From Acidobacteriota bacterium (GTDB lineage: Bacteria; Acidobacteriota; Terriglobia; Terriglobales; Acidobacteriaceae), in assembly GCA_021846945.1 (NCBI GenBank), contig JAJZVZ010000004.1:218-64217 (forward strand): a DNA stretch of 64,000 nt. The letters run 5' to 3'. Shown here in pieces: positions 19,166 through 27,580 of the stretch (its first letter is position 1; each line of letters begins with the position of its first letter). The translations under genes and the position numbers were made by a program. The notes under the pieces were generated by a model. That model did no database searches and was not told the origin of the DNA. It saw only the letters and a program-made list of their open reading frames with translations.

Positions 19166-20692
19166 TTACTCCGCGGGCCGCCAGCGCAGGACCGGCTTTC
19201 GCGCAGCCTGTACCTCATCGAGCCTCGATACCCGCGTCGAGTGCGGGGCCGTTTTGACCAGCTCCGGCGTCTCCTCCACTTCGCGGGCGATGGCGCGCAT
19301 CGCTTCGATAAACAGATCCAGCTCTTCCAGCGATTCGCTCTCTGTCGGCTCGATCATCAGCGCGCCGTGCACGATCAGCGGGAAGCTAACCGTGTAAGGG
19401 TGGAAGCCGTAGTCGATCAGACGCTTGGCAATGTCGCCGGTCTTCACGCCGTGCACCAGCTGGCGCTTGTCGCTGAAGACGACCTCGTGCATCGACGGCG
19501 TCTTGTAGGGCAGTTCGTACAGGTCTTCGAGCTTTTTGCGAATGTAATTGGCGTTGAGCACCGCGTCTTCCGTGGTCTGGCGCAGCCCGTCCGGGCCGTT
19601 GGCCAGAATGTAGGCCAGCGCGCGAATAAACATGCCGGTATTGCCGTAGAATGCCCGCACGCGCCCAACCGACTGCGGCCGATCATATTCCCAATGCAGT
19701 TCGCTCAGCCCATTGTTCCCTGCTTTTCGTACCAGCACAGGCGTCGGCAGGAACGGCTCCAGAAACGCCTTGCAAGCAACAGGTCCCGAGCCCGGACCTC
19801 CGCCGCCATGGGGCGTCGAGAAGGTCTTGTGCAGGTTCAGATGCATCACATCCACGCCGAAGTCGCCCGGCCGTACCTTGCCCACCAGAGCGTTCATGTT
19901 GGCGCCGTCCATGTAAAGCAACGCGCCCTTTTCGTGCAGGATATCGGCGATCTTGTGAATCTGGTTCTCAAACACGCCGAGCGTCGAGGGGTTCGTCAGC
20001 ATGAGCGCAGCGGTTTCGCCATCCACCTGCCGCGCCAGAGCGTCCAGATCGATTCCGCCATCCGCATTCGACTTCAGGTTCTCCACCGTGTAGCCGCAGA
20101 TGGCCGCTGTGGCCGGGTTCGTTCCGTGCGCCGAGTCGGGTATGAGAATCCTGCGCCGCGGATTGCCCTGCGACTCATGCCAGGCGCGAACCAGCAGGAT
20201 GCCGGTAAACTCGCCATGCGCCCCAGCCGCCGGTTGCAGTGTGATGGCGTCCATGCCGGTGATTTCCAGCAGGCAGCGCTGCAAAAGGTCGATGATCTCC
20301 AGAACGCCCTGCGCATGGGACTCAGGCCTGTAAGGGTGTGCTTCCGCCAGCCCCTCGATGCGCGAGACAAACTCGTTTACGCGCGGATTGTACTTCATCG
20401 TGCACGAGCCCAGCGGGTACATGCCCAGATCGATCGCGTAGTTCCACGTCGAGAGCCGCGTAAAATGGCGAATGATCTCGATCTCGCTCAGTTCGGGCAG
20501 CGCGGCAGCCGTTTTGCGGTGTGCCTCGCCCAGCAGAGTCGCGGCGTCCGCCGCCGGAACATCCAGCGGTGGCAACTTGTACGCGCGCTTGCCCGGCGCC
20601 GATTTCTCAAAAAGCAGCGCCTCATTCTGCGTCGGGTGAAGGCGCACCTTGCCGGTCGTGCGGGAGCCTGCGGGTTCCATGTTTATTGCCAT
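19166..20692 (-). CDS. gcvPB: Glycine dehydrogenase (aminomethyl-transferring) subunit 2
   Basis: Typical GcvPB sequence (LGSCTMKYNP, HLNLHKTFSTPHGGGGPG with the PLP lysine). It starts 3 nt after gcvPA. Confidence 0.95.
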   Translation of the reverse strand: MAINMEPAGSRTTGKVRLHPTQNEALLFEKSAPGKRAYKLPPLDVPAADAATLLGEAHRKTAAALPELSEIEIIRHFTRLSTWNYAIDLGMYPLGSCTMKYNPRVNEFVSRIEGLAEAHPYRPESHAQGVLEIIDLLQRCLLEITGMDAITLQPAAGAHGEFTGILLVRAWHESQGNPRRRILIPDSAHGTNPATAAICGYTVENLKSNADGGIDLDALARQVDGETAALMLTNPSTLGVFENQIHKIADILHEKGALLYMDGANMNALVGKVRPGDFGVDVMHLNLHKTFSTPHGGGGPGSGPVACKAFLEPFLPTPVLVRKAGNNGLSELHWEYDRPQSVGRVRAFYGNTGMFIRALAYILANGPDGLRQTTEDAVLNANYIRKKLEDLYELPYKTPSMHEVVFSDKRQLVHGVKTGDIAKRLIDYGFHPYTVSFPLIVHGALMIEPTESESLEELDLFIEAMRAIAREVEETPELVKTAPHSTRVSRLDEVQAARKPVLRWRPAE

Positions 20693-20695
20693 TCT

Positions 20696-22045
20696 TCAAG
20701 CCTCCACCGGTTTGGCCGCCAGCGTTCTGGCTGCCGTGTCGATCTGCTCGCGGGTCACCACTTCGGTTGCGCACCAGAGTGTGGCGTTCTTCAGCTCCGG
20801 GTACCAGCGGCTCAATTCAACCCCGCCCACGATCTTTTCACCCAGTAGGCGCTGGCTCCATGCAGCAGGGGCCTCTTCCGTTTGCAGCACGAACTCGTGA
20901 AAGCGCGGCGCGCCGGTGAACAGCAGCTTCGCACCCGGTTGCGCGCCCAGCGTCTTCGCCGCGTAATCGGCCTTGGCCAGGTTGTGCTCCGCCAACTCGC
21001 GGATGCCTTCCTGGCCGTATACGCTGAGGAAGATCGTCGCCATCAGCGCCACCAGCGCCTGGTTGGTGCAAATGTTCGACGTCGCCTTCTCGCGGCGAAT
21101 GTGCTGCTCGCGCGTGGCCAGCGTCAGCACAAAGCCGCGGTTGCCGTTGCCGTCCACGGTCTGGCCGGCAAGGCGGCCGGGCATCTGGCGCACATATTGC
21201 TCTTTGGCCGCAATCACGCCGCAGAACGGCCCACCGTAGCTCAGCGCCACTCCAAACGACTGCGCTTCCATGCTCACGATGTCCGCCTCGACCGGTGGCC
21301 GCACCACGCCGAGCGAAACTGCCTCGGCAATCGACACAACGAGCAACGCGCCCCTGGTGTGCGCAATCGCTGCCATTGCCGGAATGTCTTCAATTACGCC
21401 GAAGAAGTTCGGGCTTTGCACCAGCACCGCCGCCGTTTCTTCCGTCACGGCTGCCTCCAGAGCAGCCAGATCGAGCCGTCCGGTTTTCGCATCGTAGCCC
21501 ACCAGCGCGGTCGGCATCTCGCGATGCTGCAGATAAGTGTGCAAAACCTCGCGATACTCCGGATGCACCGTTGCCGCCACTACGGCCTTATGCCGCCCGG
21601 TGACGCGCATGGCCATCAGCACTGCTTCCGCCGCACCCGTCGAACCGTCGTACATGCTGGCGTTGGCCACATCCATACCAGTCAATTCCGCGATCATGGT
21701 CTGGAACTCGAAGATGGCCTGCAGCGTACCTTGCGTAATCTCAGCCTGGTAGGGCGTGTAGCTGGTCAGGAACTCGCCGCGCTGTACCAGGGCATCAATA
21801 ATGACGGGCCGGTAATGCCGGTAAGCGCCCGCGCCCAGAAAGCTGGCGTAGCTGGTCGAGTTCTTCGCTCCGGCGGCGCGAAAGTACTCCACGATCTCGC
21901 TTTCCGCCTGCTGCCGCGGCACTTCCAGATCGCGCGCCAGCCGGTACTCGGGGGGGATGACTGCAAACAGGTCATCGATGGAAGCCGTGCCGATTTCGGC
22001 GAGCATCCGCTCTCGTTCTGCGGGAGATTTGGGAAGATAGCGCAT
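20696..22045 (-). CDS. gcvPA: Glycine dehydrogenase (aminomethyl-transferring) subunit 1
   Basis: [15 protein letters not shown].., [10 protein letters not shown] and [20 protein letters not shown] blocks. SD sequence GGAGGG lies 8 nt upstream. Confidence 0.95.
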   Translation of the reverse strand: MRYLPKSPAERERMLAEIGTASIDDLFAVIPPEYRLARDLEVPRQQAESEIVEYFRAAGAKNSTSYASFLGAGAYRHYRPVIIDALVQRGEFLTSYTPYQAEITQGTLQAIFEFQTMIAELTGMDVANASMYDGSTGAAEAVLMAMRVTGRHKAVVAATVHPEYREVLHTYLQHREMPTALVGYDAKTGRLDLAALEAAVTEETAAVLVQSPNFFGVIEDIPAMAAIAHTRGALLVVSIAEAVSLGVVRPPVEADIVSMEAQSFGVALSYGGPFCGVIAAKEQYVRQMPGRLAGQTVDGNGNRGFVLTLATREQHIRREKATSNICTNQALVALMATIFLSVYGQEGIRELAEHNLAKADYAAKTLGAQPGAKLLFTGAPRFHEFVLQTEEAPAAWSQRLLGEKIVGGVELSRWYPELKNATLWCATEVVTREQIDTAARTLAAKPVEA

Positions 22046-22069
22046 GAATGGTCCCTCCGGGACCAGAGA

Positions 22070-22096
22070 TCAGTTATCAGTGGTCAGTTGTCAGCT
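22070..22096 (-). repeat. Array of 4 heptamers (minus strand CTGACAA CTGACCA CTGATAA CTGATCT), 24 nt upstream of gcvPA
   Basis: TCAG recurs at 22070, 22077, 22084 and 22091, an exact period of 7. TGA falls in all three frames on the mRNA strand. Confidence 0.8.
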
Positions 22097-22217
22097 CATG
22101 TGCGTGCAAAACGGAAACTATACACCCTCATGAGGGATTCTCTGAAAGTCGAAACTTCCAGCCGTTTGCGGCCTCGTTGCAGAATTCCATCGCTCAACGC
22201 GAGTTGAACGCCAAAAA

Positions 22218-22241
22218 CTGATCACTGACAACTGACAACTA
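22218..22241 (+). repeat. Array of 3 heptamers (CTGATCA CTGACAA CTGACAA CTAG) abutting the gcvH stop codon, inverted relative to 22070-22096
   Basis: CTGA at 22218, 22225 and 22232; CTAG at 22239. Read directly. Confidence 0.8.
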
Positions 22242-22628
22242 GCTTTCCGTCTCTTCCGAGATAAACGCCTCATAAGCCGCTGCGTCGAGCAGCTTCTCGA
22301 GCTCCGCCGGATCGGCCAGCTCTACTTTGATGATCCATGTGCCGTGCGGATTCTCGTTGATCTTGTCGGGTGTGTTCTTCAGATCGCCATTCACGGCCGT
22401 CACCGTGCCGGAGACGGGCGAGAAAAGGTCGCTGACGGCCTTCACGCTCTCAACGGAACCAAAGACAGCGTTGGCAGTTACTGCATCGCCCACCTTGGGC
22501 ACGTCTACATAGACGATATCGCCCAGGGAGCTTTGCGCGTAGTCGGTAATACCGACAGTTCCAATAGAGCCATTCACCTCAATCCATTCATGTTCACGGG
22601 TATAGCGGTAGTCTGCCGGGTAGGCCAT
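22239..22628 (-). CDS. gcvH: Glycine cleavage system H protein
   Basis: Start set at ATG 22628 (MAYPADYRYTREHEWIEV..), preceded by GAGGAG. Lipoyl-lysine block ESVKAVSD. The track ORF (to 22850) adds 74 non-homologous residues. Confidence 0.9.
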   Translation of the reverse strand: MAYPADYRYTREHEWIEVNGSIGTVGITDYAQSSLGDIVYVDVPKVGDAVTANAVFGSVESVKAVSDLFSPVSGTVTAVNGDLKNTPDKINENPHGTWIIKVELADPAELEKLLDAAAYEAFISEETES

Positions 22629-22796
22629 AGCGGTTACGCTCCTCATCGAAGTCGAAATCCTAGTGTACGACCTGGGAGGGCGGGAAAAAACAGGCAGCTG
22701 CGAAGAATCCACAGGTAGGGCGCAGGGCTTCGCCGTCCCAGGCCCCCCCGGCCCGAAAGGAACCGCTGATTGCGCGGCGCTCGCGGCGGGCAATTC

Positions 22797-22830
22797 GGAA
22801 GTAACCGTGGTCTTGGTCACCGTTACTTCC
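22797..22830 (-). terminator. Long hairpin about 57 nt downstream of the alpha/beta-hydrolase gene
   Basis: GGAAGTAAC..GTTACTTCC outer 9-bp stem plus an inner GTG/CAC. No U-tract follows, so terminator function is uncertain. Confidence 0.3.
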
Positions 22831-22886
22831 GAGTACGCGGTCATTCGCACGCAATCCGCGAAAACGACGTCCGGTAGATTAGGAAT

Positions 22887-24035
22887 TCATTGCGGCAGGC
22901 TGTCAATGAATGAGCGCAGTTCTTTGAGCGTCTCGTTCTGCTTCGCGATGAAGAGATAGTGATATACGTGAGGCCATAGGAGAACACGTGCGGATGGCAC
23001 ATCTCTTTGAAGTGCTCTTGCTCGCGCTTGGCAATCCGCCGTATTGTACGCATCAATCTTTTCCCGAAAGTCAGGGTCCTTATCGATAGATGGACCGTAA
23101 TCGACCGGGCAAGCAAAGATTGCGAGAACTGGGACACGGATATTCGTGAACTTCTCCCACTTCTGGTCCTCTGCACTAATTGACGGATGTGAGCGTGGTT
23201 TGCCCACGCTTCCATCCGAATTGGATTTGAAGCTTTGGCGGAGCTCGGCCTCCGGCGGATCACCTCCCACCATATTCTGTGCGTACCAGGTGCCAAGCGC
23301 CTTAAAGCTGGTCAAATCGGCGGCCTTGGGGCCACCGTGGCCCGGCGGCATGCCCTTCATCAACTCAATGTGCTCCCTTTGCTTCTTCAAGTCTTGTTCG
23401 AACAAAGGAAGGTCCGATTTCAGTAGTTTGTCGATAGGCTTTTCGTCCCATTGCGACGCACTAAATTGACCGAGATCCTTCTGCAATTCCGGCAGATCGA
23501 AGGCCAAATCACCCACCGAAGGATCGTAGAATGCGTAACCGTACGCGGCATCAAGATAGACCGCCCCTGCGATCCTCTCAGGAAATCTCGTCGCGACCCA
23601 ACTTACTTCTTGCCCTGCAAAGGAATGTCCGACGAGCACCGGGCGCACGATCTTTAGCACATCCAGAACCGCGATAATATCCTTGCCGAGACGGTCAACT
23701 GAGTAACCAGTGGCTGGAGAGCTCGAAGCACCAAACCCGCGCCGGGTGATCCCGTAAACGTGGTAGTACCGCGCTAGTTTAGGAGCGAAGTCATCGTAGA
23801 TGTGGGCAGTATTGCCCCATCCCGCTAATAAGACGACCGGTCGCCCTTTGCCACCCCAATCGAGCACCTCAAGTTGAACGTTTTTGTCGACCGTCACCAG
23901 CTCGACTCGATGCGGTGACGAATCGTGAAAAGCCGATGGAGCTTTATATGAAGAGGTAGTAGGGGTTTGTGCAGGAAGGTAGCCCGGGATGCAACAGACA
24001 AGGCATAGAGCGCCAGCCTTCCAACTATCGCGCAC
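22887..24035 (-). CDS. Alpha/beta hydrolase, exported
   Basis: VVLLAGWGNTAHIYDDF and nucleophile elbow VGHSFAGQ. Start placed at GTG 24035, preceded by AAGGAG with a 6-nt spacer. The track start is TTG at 24053. Confidence 0.8.
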   Translation of the reverse strand: MRDSWKAGALCLVCCIPGYLPAQTPTTSSYKAPSAFHDSSPHRVELVTVDKNVQLEVLDWGGKGRPVVLLAGWGNTAHIYDDFAPKLARYYHVYGITRRGFGASSSPATGYSVDRLGKDIIAVLDVLKIVRPVLVGHSFAGQEVSWVATRFPERIAGAVYLDAAYGYAFYDPSVGDLAFDLPELQKDLGQFSASQWDEKPIDKLLKSDLPLFEQDLKKQREHIELMKGMPPGHGGPKAADLTSFKALGTWYAQNMVGGDPPEAELRQSFKSNSDGSVGKPRSHPSISAEDQKWEKFTNIRVPVLAIFACPVDYGPSIDKDPDFREKIDAYNTADCQARARALQRDVPSARVLLWPHVYHYLFIAKQNETLKELRSFIDSLPQ

Positions 24036-24362
24036 CAAATTCTCCTTTCGCAAACGCTCTTAACCGCGGCTTCCGGTAGTTGGCAGGGCAATATCGATCG
24101 CTAGTCTCTCGATGGGTTTGATTGCCACTGATCGAGTGCTAAAGCAATAGTAGAATTCGCGTTCCGCAAACGCTACTTACAATCGAAAGAGAGTCATATC
24201 GCCCCGCGGATCAAGTGGCCTTCGGGAGTGGGGCATGAATTGGAGAGGCCTAGTCACTCGTCGATCGGATTTGCGGCCAGTCCTTCAGAATCAGGTCGTA
24301 TCGTCGCCAATCCGGAAGTTGCCGTTCAATTCATTTCAACCTGCCATTCCAGGCAATCCCGC

Positions 24363-25724
24363 TCAGTTCCTGAAGTATTTTCCATGTCCTCCATTCGCCC
24401 AGGGATCATAGTGCTCGGCAAAGTTGGCGCGCTGTTGCACGCTGGGATGGTCGAAGAGCCAGAATTCGATAAAGGGGTTCGGATTCGGGTCTTCGAGCCA
24501 GGTTTGCCCGAGGGCGTTGAAGGCTGCAACGGCGGTCTTTTGCGGATCGGGCACGATGCCGTGAATCGCCTCCTGGCCGTAAACGTCAGCCTGGTGTTCG
24601 AAGTGGCGGCTGATCGCATTGTCCACGGGCTGCAGGAGGAAACCGGCCAGCGAAATGGCAAAGATCAGCACCACAAAGCCGGCGCGCGAGGATAGCGGGG
24701 AGGTTCCATCCTCTCCGCCGAGCTGCCATCGCGCTCCGAAGCGCCGCGCCAGCCACGCTGCAAAGGCGGCGCACGCCCAATAGACAAAAAAAAGCCCAAC
24801 CGCAGAGATGGCAAGCATCTTCGGAATGTGGTGCAACACGTAATGCCCGCTCTCGTGACCGAAGATGAAGAGAACCTCATCGTCAGGAATGCGTCCGGCG
24901 GTAGTGTCCCATACCACAATCCGCTTGGTTGAGCCGATGCCGCTGACGTAGGCGTTCAAGCCGTTGGTCTTCAGGCTGGCCTTCATCAGGAACATGCGGC
25001 TGGGCGGGATGTTGGTTCCCGTCCGCGCCACCACCTTCTCCAGTTGCTGCACCAGGGCGGGATTGGTCTTTTGGAGGGGCTCGAATTTATTGAAGATGGG
25101 TTCAAGCAGCGGCTCGACGAAGAGGGTGAGCACCAGCAATGGCAGCGTGACGAGCCATGCCCCCAGCCAGAAACGGCGCGGCCAGCGGCGCACGATCCAG
25201 TTAAAGAGCAAGAGCACGGGCGCTCCGATCAGCAGGGCCAGAGCCAGGGCTTTGCCTTGGTCGCCGATCCAGCTTCCCCAACTCTGCACGCTGATGCCGT
25301 AAGCGCGGCTCACGTGCTGGCTGAACCAGTCCAGTGGCAGTCCGGTCAGGTCAATGATCACCAGAAATGCGGCGAAGAAGATCAGCCCCTGAACCCAGCG
25401 GCGGCTCGCGAGACGTCCTGCCCATGCCTCAAGGCCGGCAGCGGCTCGTGTGGCCAGCAGCAGCCAGAGCACGGCCAGGCCCCAGAACGAGCCCACGATA
25501 TTCAGAGTGTCGCGGATACGGCCGAGTGCAATCGCCTTCGCGAGTTTATCGGGTGGCAGGGTATAGGCTTGCTGCTGGTTGGCCGGCTCAGAGGCTGGGG
25601 CGGCTTGCGCCGCGCCGGTTGGGTCGGGACCGGGTTGGGCCGCGCAGAAACGCGGGGTGAATGCGACGAAAAGGATGGTCAAGCAGAGGACAGGCAGGCA
25701 CCACCGTACGAATGTTTTCATCAA
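24363..25724 (-). CDS. M48 family (Ste24/HtpX-like) zinc metallopeptidase, membrane-bound
   Basis: HExxH motif FGHESGHYVLHH. Several hydrophobic helices. C-terminal FDHPS block typical of M48. Confidence 0.85.
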   Translation of the reverse strand: MMKTFVRWCLPVLCLTILFVAFTPRFCAAQPGPDPTGAAQAAPASEPANQQQAYTLPPDKLAKAIALGRIRDTLNIVGSFWGLAVLWLLLATRAAAGLEAWAGRLASRRWVQGLIFFAAFLVIIDLTGLPLDWFSQHVSRAYGISVQSWGSWIGDQGKALALALLIGAPVLLLFNWIVRRWPRRFWLGAWLVTLPLLVLTLFVEPLLEPIFNKFEPLQKTNPALVQQLEKVVARTGTNIPPSRMFLMKASLKTNGLNAYVSGIGSTKRIVVWDTTAGRIPDDEVLFIFGHESGHYVLHHIPKMLAISAVGLFFVYWACAAFAAWLARRFGARWQLGGEDGTSPLSSRAGFVVLIFAISLAGFLLQPVDNAISRHFEHQADVYGQEAIHGIVPDPQKTAVAAFNALGQTWLEDPNPNPFIEFWLFDHPSVQQRANFAEHYDPWANGGHGKYFRN

Positions 25725-25768
25725 AGACCTCCCGGCAACGTCAAACTCTGCGACAATCGAGCATACAA

Positions 25769-27580
25769 ATGCTTATATCCGATTTTTCTGCCTCTGGGTC
25801 GCCAATCCCCTTGGTTGACTCAAAACGGCTCGCGTTGAAACCGCGATGCGCGGCAATTGCTCTTCTTGTCCTGCTTTGGATGTTGCCGTTTGCGGCCGGC
25901 GCCCAGCAAACCTCCCCTGTGCTTCTGGACGCCATGACGGCTGAGCTGCACCGCGCCTACACCGCGCTCGGCAAGCCGGCCCCGCTTCAGCCCGCAAGCC
26001 TGGCAGCCGACGACAGGCAACCGCCGCTTTACTTCCTTAGCTACTCAGTGAGCGACACCAGCTATGTGTCCATCCGGGCGCAGTTTGGGGGACTGGTAGA
26101 CATCTCGGCCAACCGCGCGCGCGTGGCCGACGTGCAGGCGCGCGTCGGCAGCCCTGCGCTCGACAATACTCACGGCGACCATCGCGGTTCGGCGGTCAAC
26201 AGCATGACACTGCCGCTCGGCGACGATCGGGAGGCGCTGGAGCAGTCGCTCTGGCTAGCCACCAATCGAGGCTATGGGAATGCGCTGGACAGCTACCTCC
26301 GAGTGCGGACCGAGATTCAGGTCAGAGTCCGGGAAGAAGACACCTCGCCCGACTTCAGCCAGGAGCCGCCGCAGGCGCATGAGGAAATGCCGGCCCCGCC
26401 GGTAGCCGTTGATCAGGTGGCGTGGGGGCGGCGCGTGCAGGCGCTCTCCAAAATCTTCCGCCAATTCCCCGAGGTTTACCAGAACGAGGTAATCCTCACC
26501 GCCCAGAACGAGACCGATTATTACGTCTCGTCGGAGGGCTCACGGCTCGTGACGCCGCATCTGCGGGCCCGGCTGGTGGCGATTGCCATGACCCGCGCCG
26601 ACGATGGCATGAACCTCTTTCGGACGCGGACCTTCGAAGCGGCGACAGCGGACGGGCTGCCCGCACAGGCGGAACTGGAAGCAGCGATGCGGGAACTGGG
26701 CCAAAGCCTGGAAAATCTGCGCAAAGCCCCGGTGACGCAGCCCTACGACGGCCCGGCGCTGCTTTCCGGTCGGGCAGCGGCGGTCTTCTTCCATGAAGTG
26801 CTCGGCCACCGCCTCGAAGGCCAGCGCCAGCGCGGCGGCAGGGAAGGCCAGACCTTTACCAGGGATCTCGGCAAGCCCGTGCTGCCCAGCTTTCTGTCAG
26901 TGACCGACGATCCAACGCTGACCGCCATCGACGGGACGCTGCTCAGCGGCAGCTACGAGTACGACGACGAGGGCCAGAAGGCGCAGCGTGTGGCGCTGAT
27001 CGAGAATGGGGTACTCCGAAATTTCCTCATGTCGCGCATGCCGATCACCGGATTCAGCTCCTCGAACGGACACGGCCGCGCGCAAACCGGGCTTGTGCCC
27101 ACCGGGCGCCAGGGCAACCTGATCGTTACCTCCGCCAAAACCGAACCGGAGAGCCAACTGCGCAGGCAGCTTATCGAAGAGGCCAGGAAGCAGGGCAAGC
27201 CTTACGGCCTTTACTTTGAAGACATCTCCTCGGGCCTGACGGCGACTCAGCGCACCTCGCCGCAGGCCTTCCAGGTGATTCCGCTGGTCGTTTGGCGTGT
27301 ATACGTGGACGGCCGTCCGGACGAACTGGTACGCGGCGTGAACATCGTCGGCACGCCGCTGGCGGCGCTCAAGCGCATCGTGGCTACCGGCGACAGGAGT
27401 GAAGTTTTCAATGGCGAATGCGGCGCGGAGTCGGGCACGGTCCCGGTCAGCGCGGTGGCTCCGGCCATGCTGCTCAGTGAGATTGAAACGCAGCGCCAGC
27501 CGCAAGGCACCGCCCGCCCGCCGATATTGCCCATTCCGGGAACAGACAGCGTAGCGTCCGCGAAGGAGCATGCGCAATGA
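25769..27580 (+). CDS. Exported TldD-like metallopeptidase (TldD/PmbA family, active-site subunit)
   Basis: FFHEVLGHRLEG matches the TldD HExxxH zinc site. GNLIVTS and GECG blocks near the C-terminus. Signal peptide ..CAAIALLVLLWMLPFAAGAQQ. Start uncertain: track 25661 overlaps the M48 gene; ATG 25769 and TTG 25835 are alternatives. Confidence 0.75.
   Translation: MLISDFSASGSPIPLVDSKRLALKPRCAAIALLVLLWMLPFAAGAQQTSPVLLDAMTAELHRAYTALGKPAPLQPASLAADDRQPPLYFLSYSVSDTSYVSIRAQFGGLVDISANRARVADVQARVGSPALDNTHGDHRGSAVNSMTLPLGDDREALEQSLWLATNRGYGNALDSYLRVRTEIQVRVREEDTSPDFSQEPPQAHEEMPAPPVAVDQVAWGRRVQALSKIFRQFPEVYQNEVILTAQNETDYYVSSEGSRLVTPHLRARLVAIAMTRADDGMNLFRTRTFEAATADGLPAQAELEAAMRELGQSLENLRKAPVTQPYDGPALLSGRAAAVFFHEVLGHRLEGQRQRGGREGQTFTRDLGKPVLPSFLSVTDDPTLTAIDGTLLSGSYEYDDEGQKAQRVALIENGVLRNFLMSRMPITGFSSSNGHGRAQTGLVPTGRQGNLIVTSAKTEPESQLRRQLIEEARKQGKPYGLYFEDISSGLTATQRTSPQAFQVIPLVVWRVYVDGRPDELVRGVNIVGTPLAALKRIVATGDRSEVFNGECGAESGTVPVSAVAPAMLLSEIETQRQPQGTARPPILPIPGTDSVASAKEHAQ

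Noticed and set aside
19241-22207. Long plus-strand ORFs (535 aa at 19241-20848 and 441 aa at 20882-22207) opposite gcvPB and gcvPA.
   Set aside because: Their translations are Arg/Ala/Gly/His-rich with no motifs. The minus strand encodes unmistakable glycine dehydrogenase subunits. These are typical antisense shadow ORFs of GC-rich DNA.
22629-22850. The 74-codon N-terminal extension of the gcvH ORF given in the track (start 22850).
   Set aside because: The extension has no GcvH homology. The internal ATG at 22628 gives the canonical MAYPADYRYTREHEWI start and has a GAGGAG RBS.
22629-22886. Looked for a glycine riboswitch upstream of gcvH.
   Set aside because: I could not find the conserved GGAGAG, CACCGAAGGGGCAA or CUCAGGCAAAAGGAC cores on the mRNA strand, so it is not called as a feature. 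It still needs cmsearch (see findings).
24786-24793. An A8 homopolymer (T8 on the coding strand) inside the M48 peptidase gene, a possible slipped-strand switch.
   Set aside because: The reading frame is intact across it (GLFFVYW). Eight residues is short for phase variation, and no alternative frame continues the protein.
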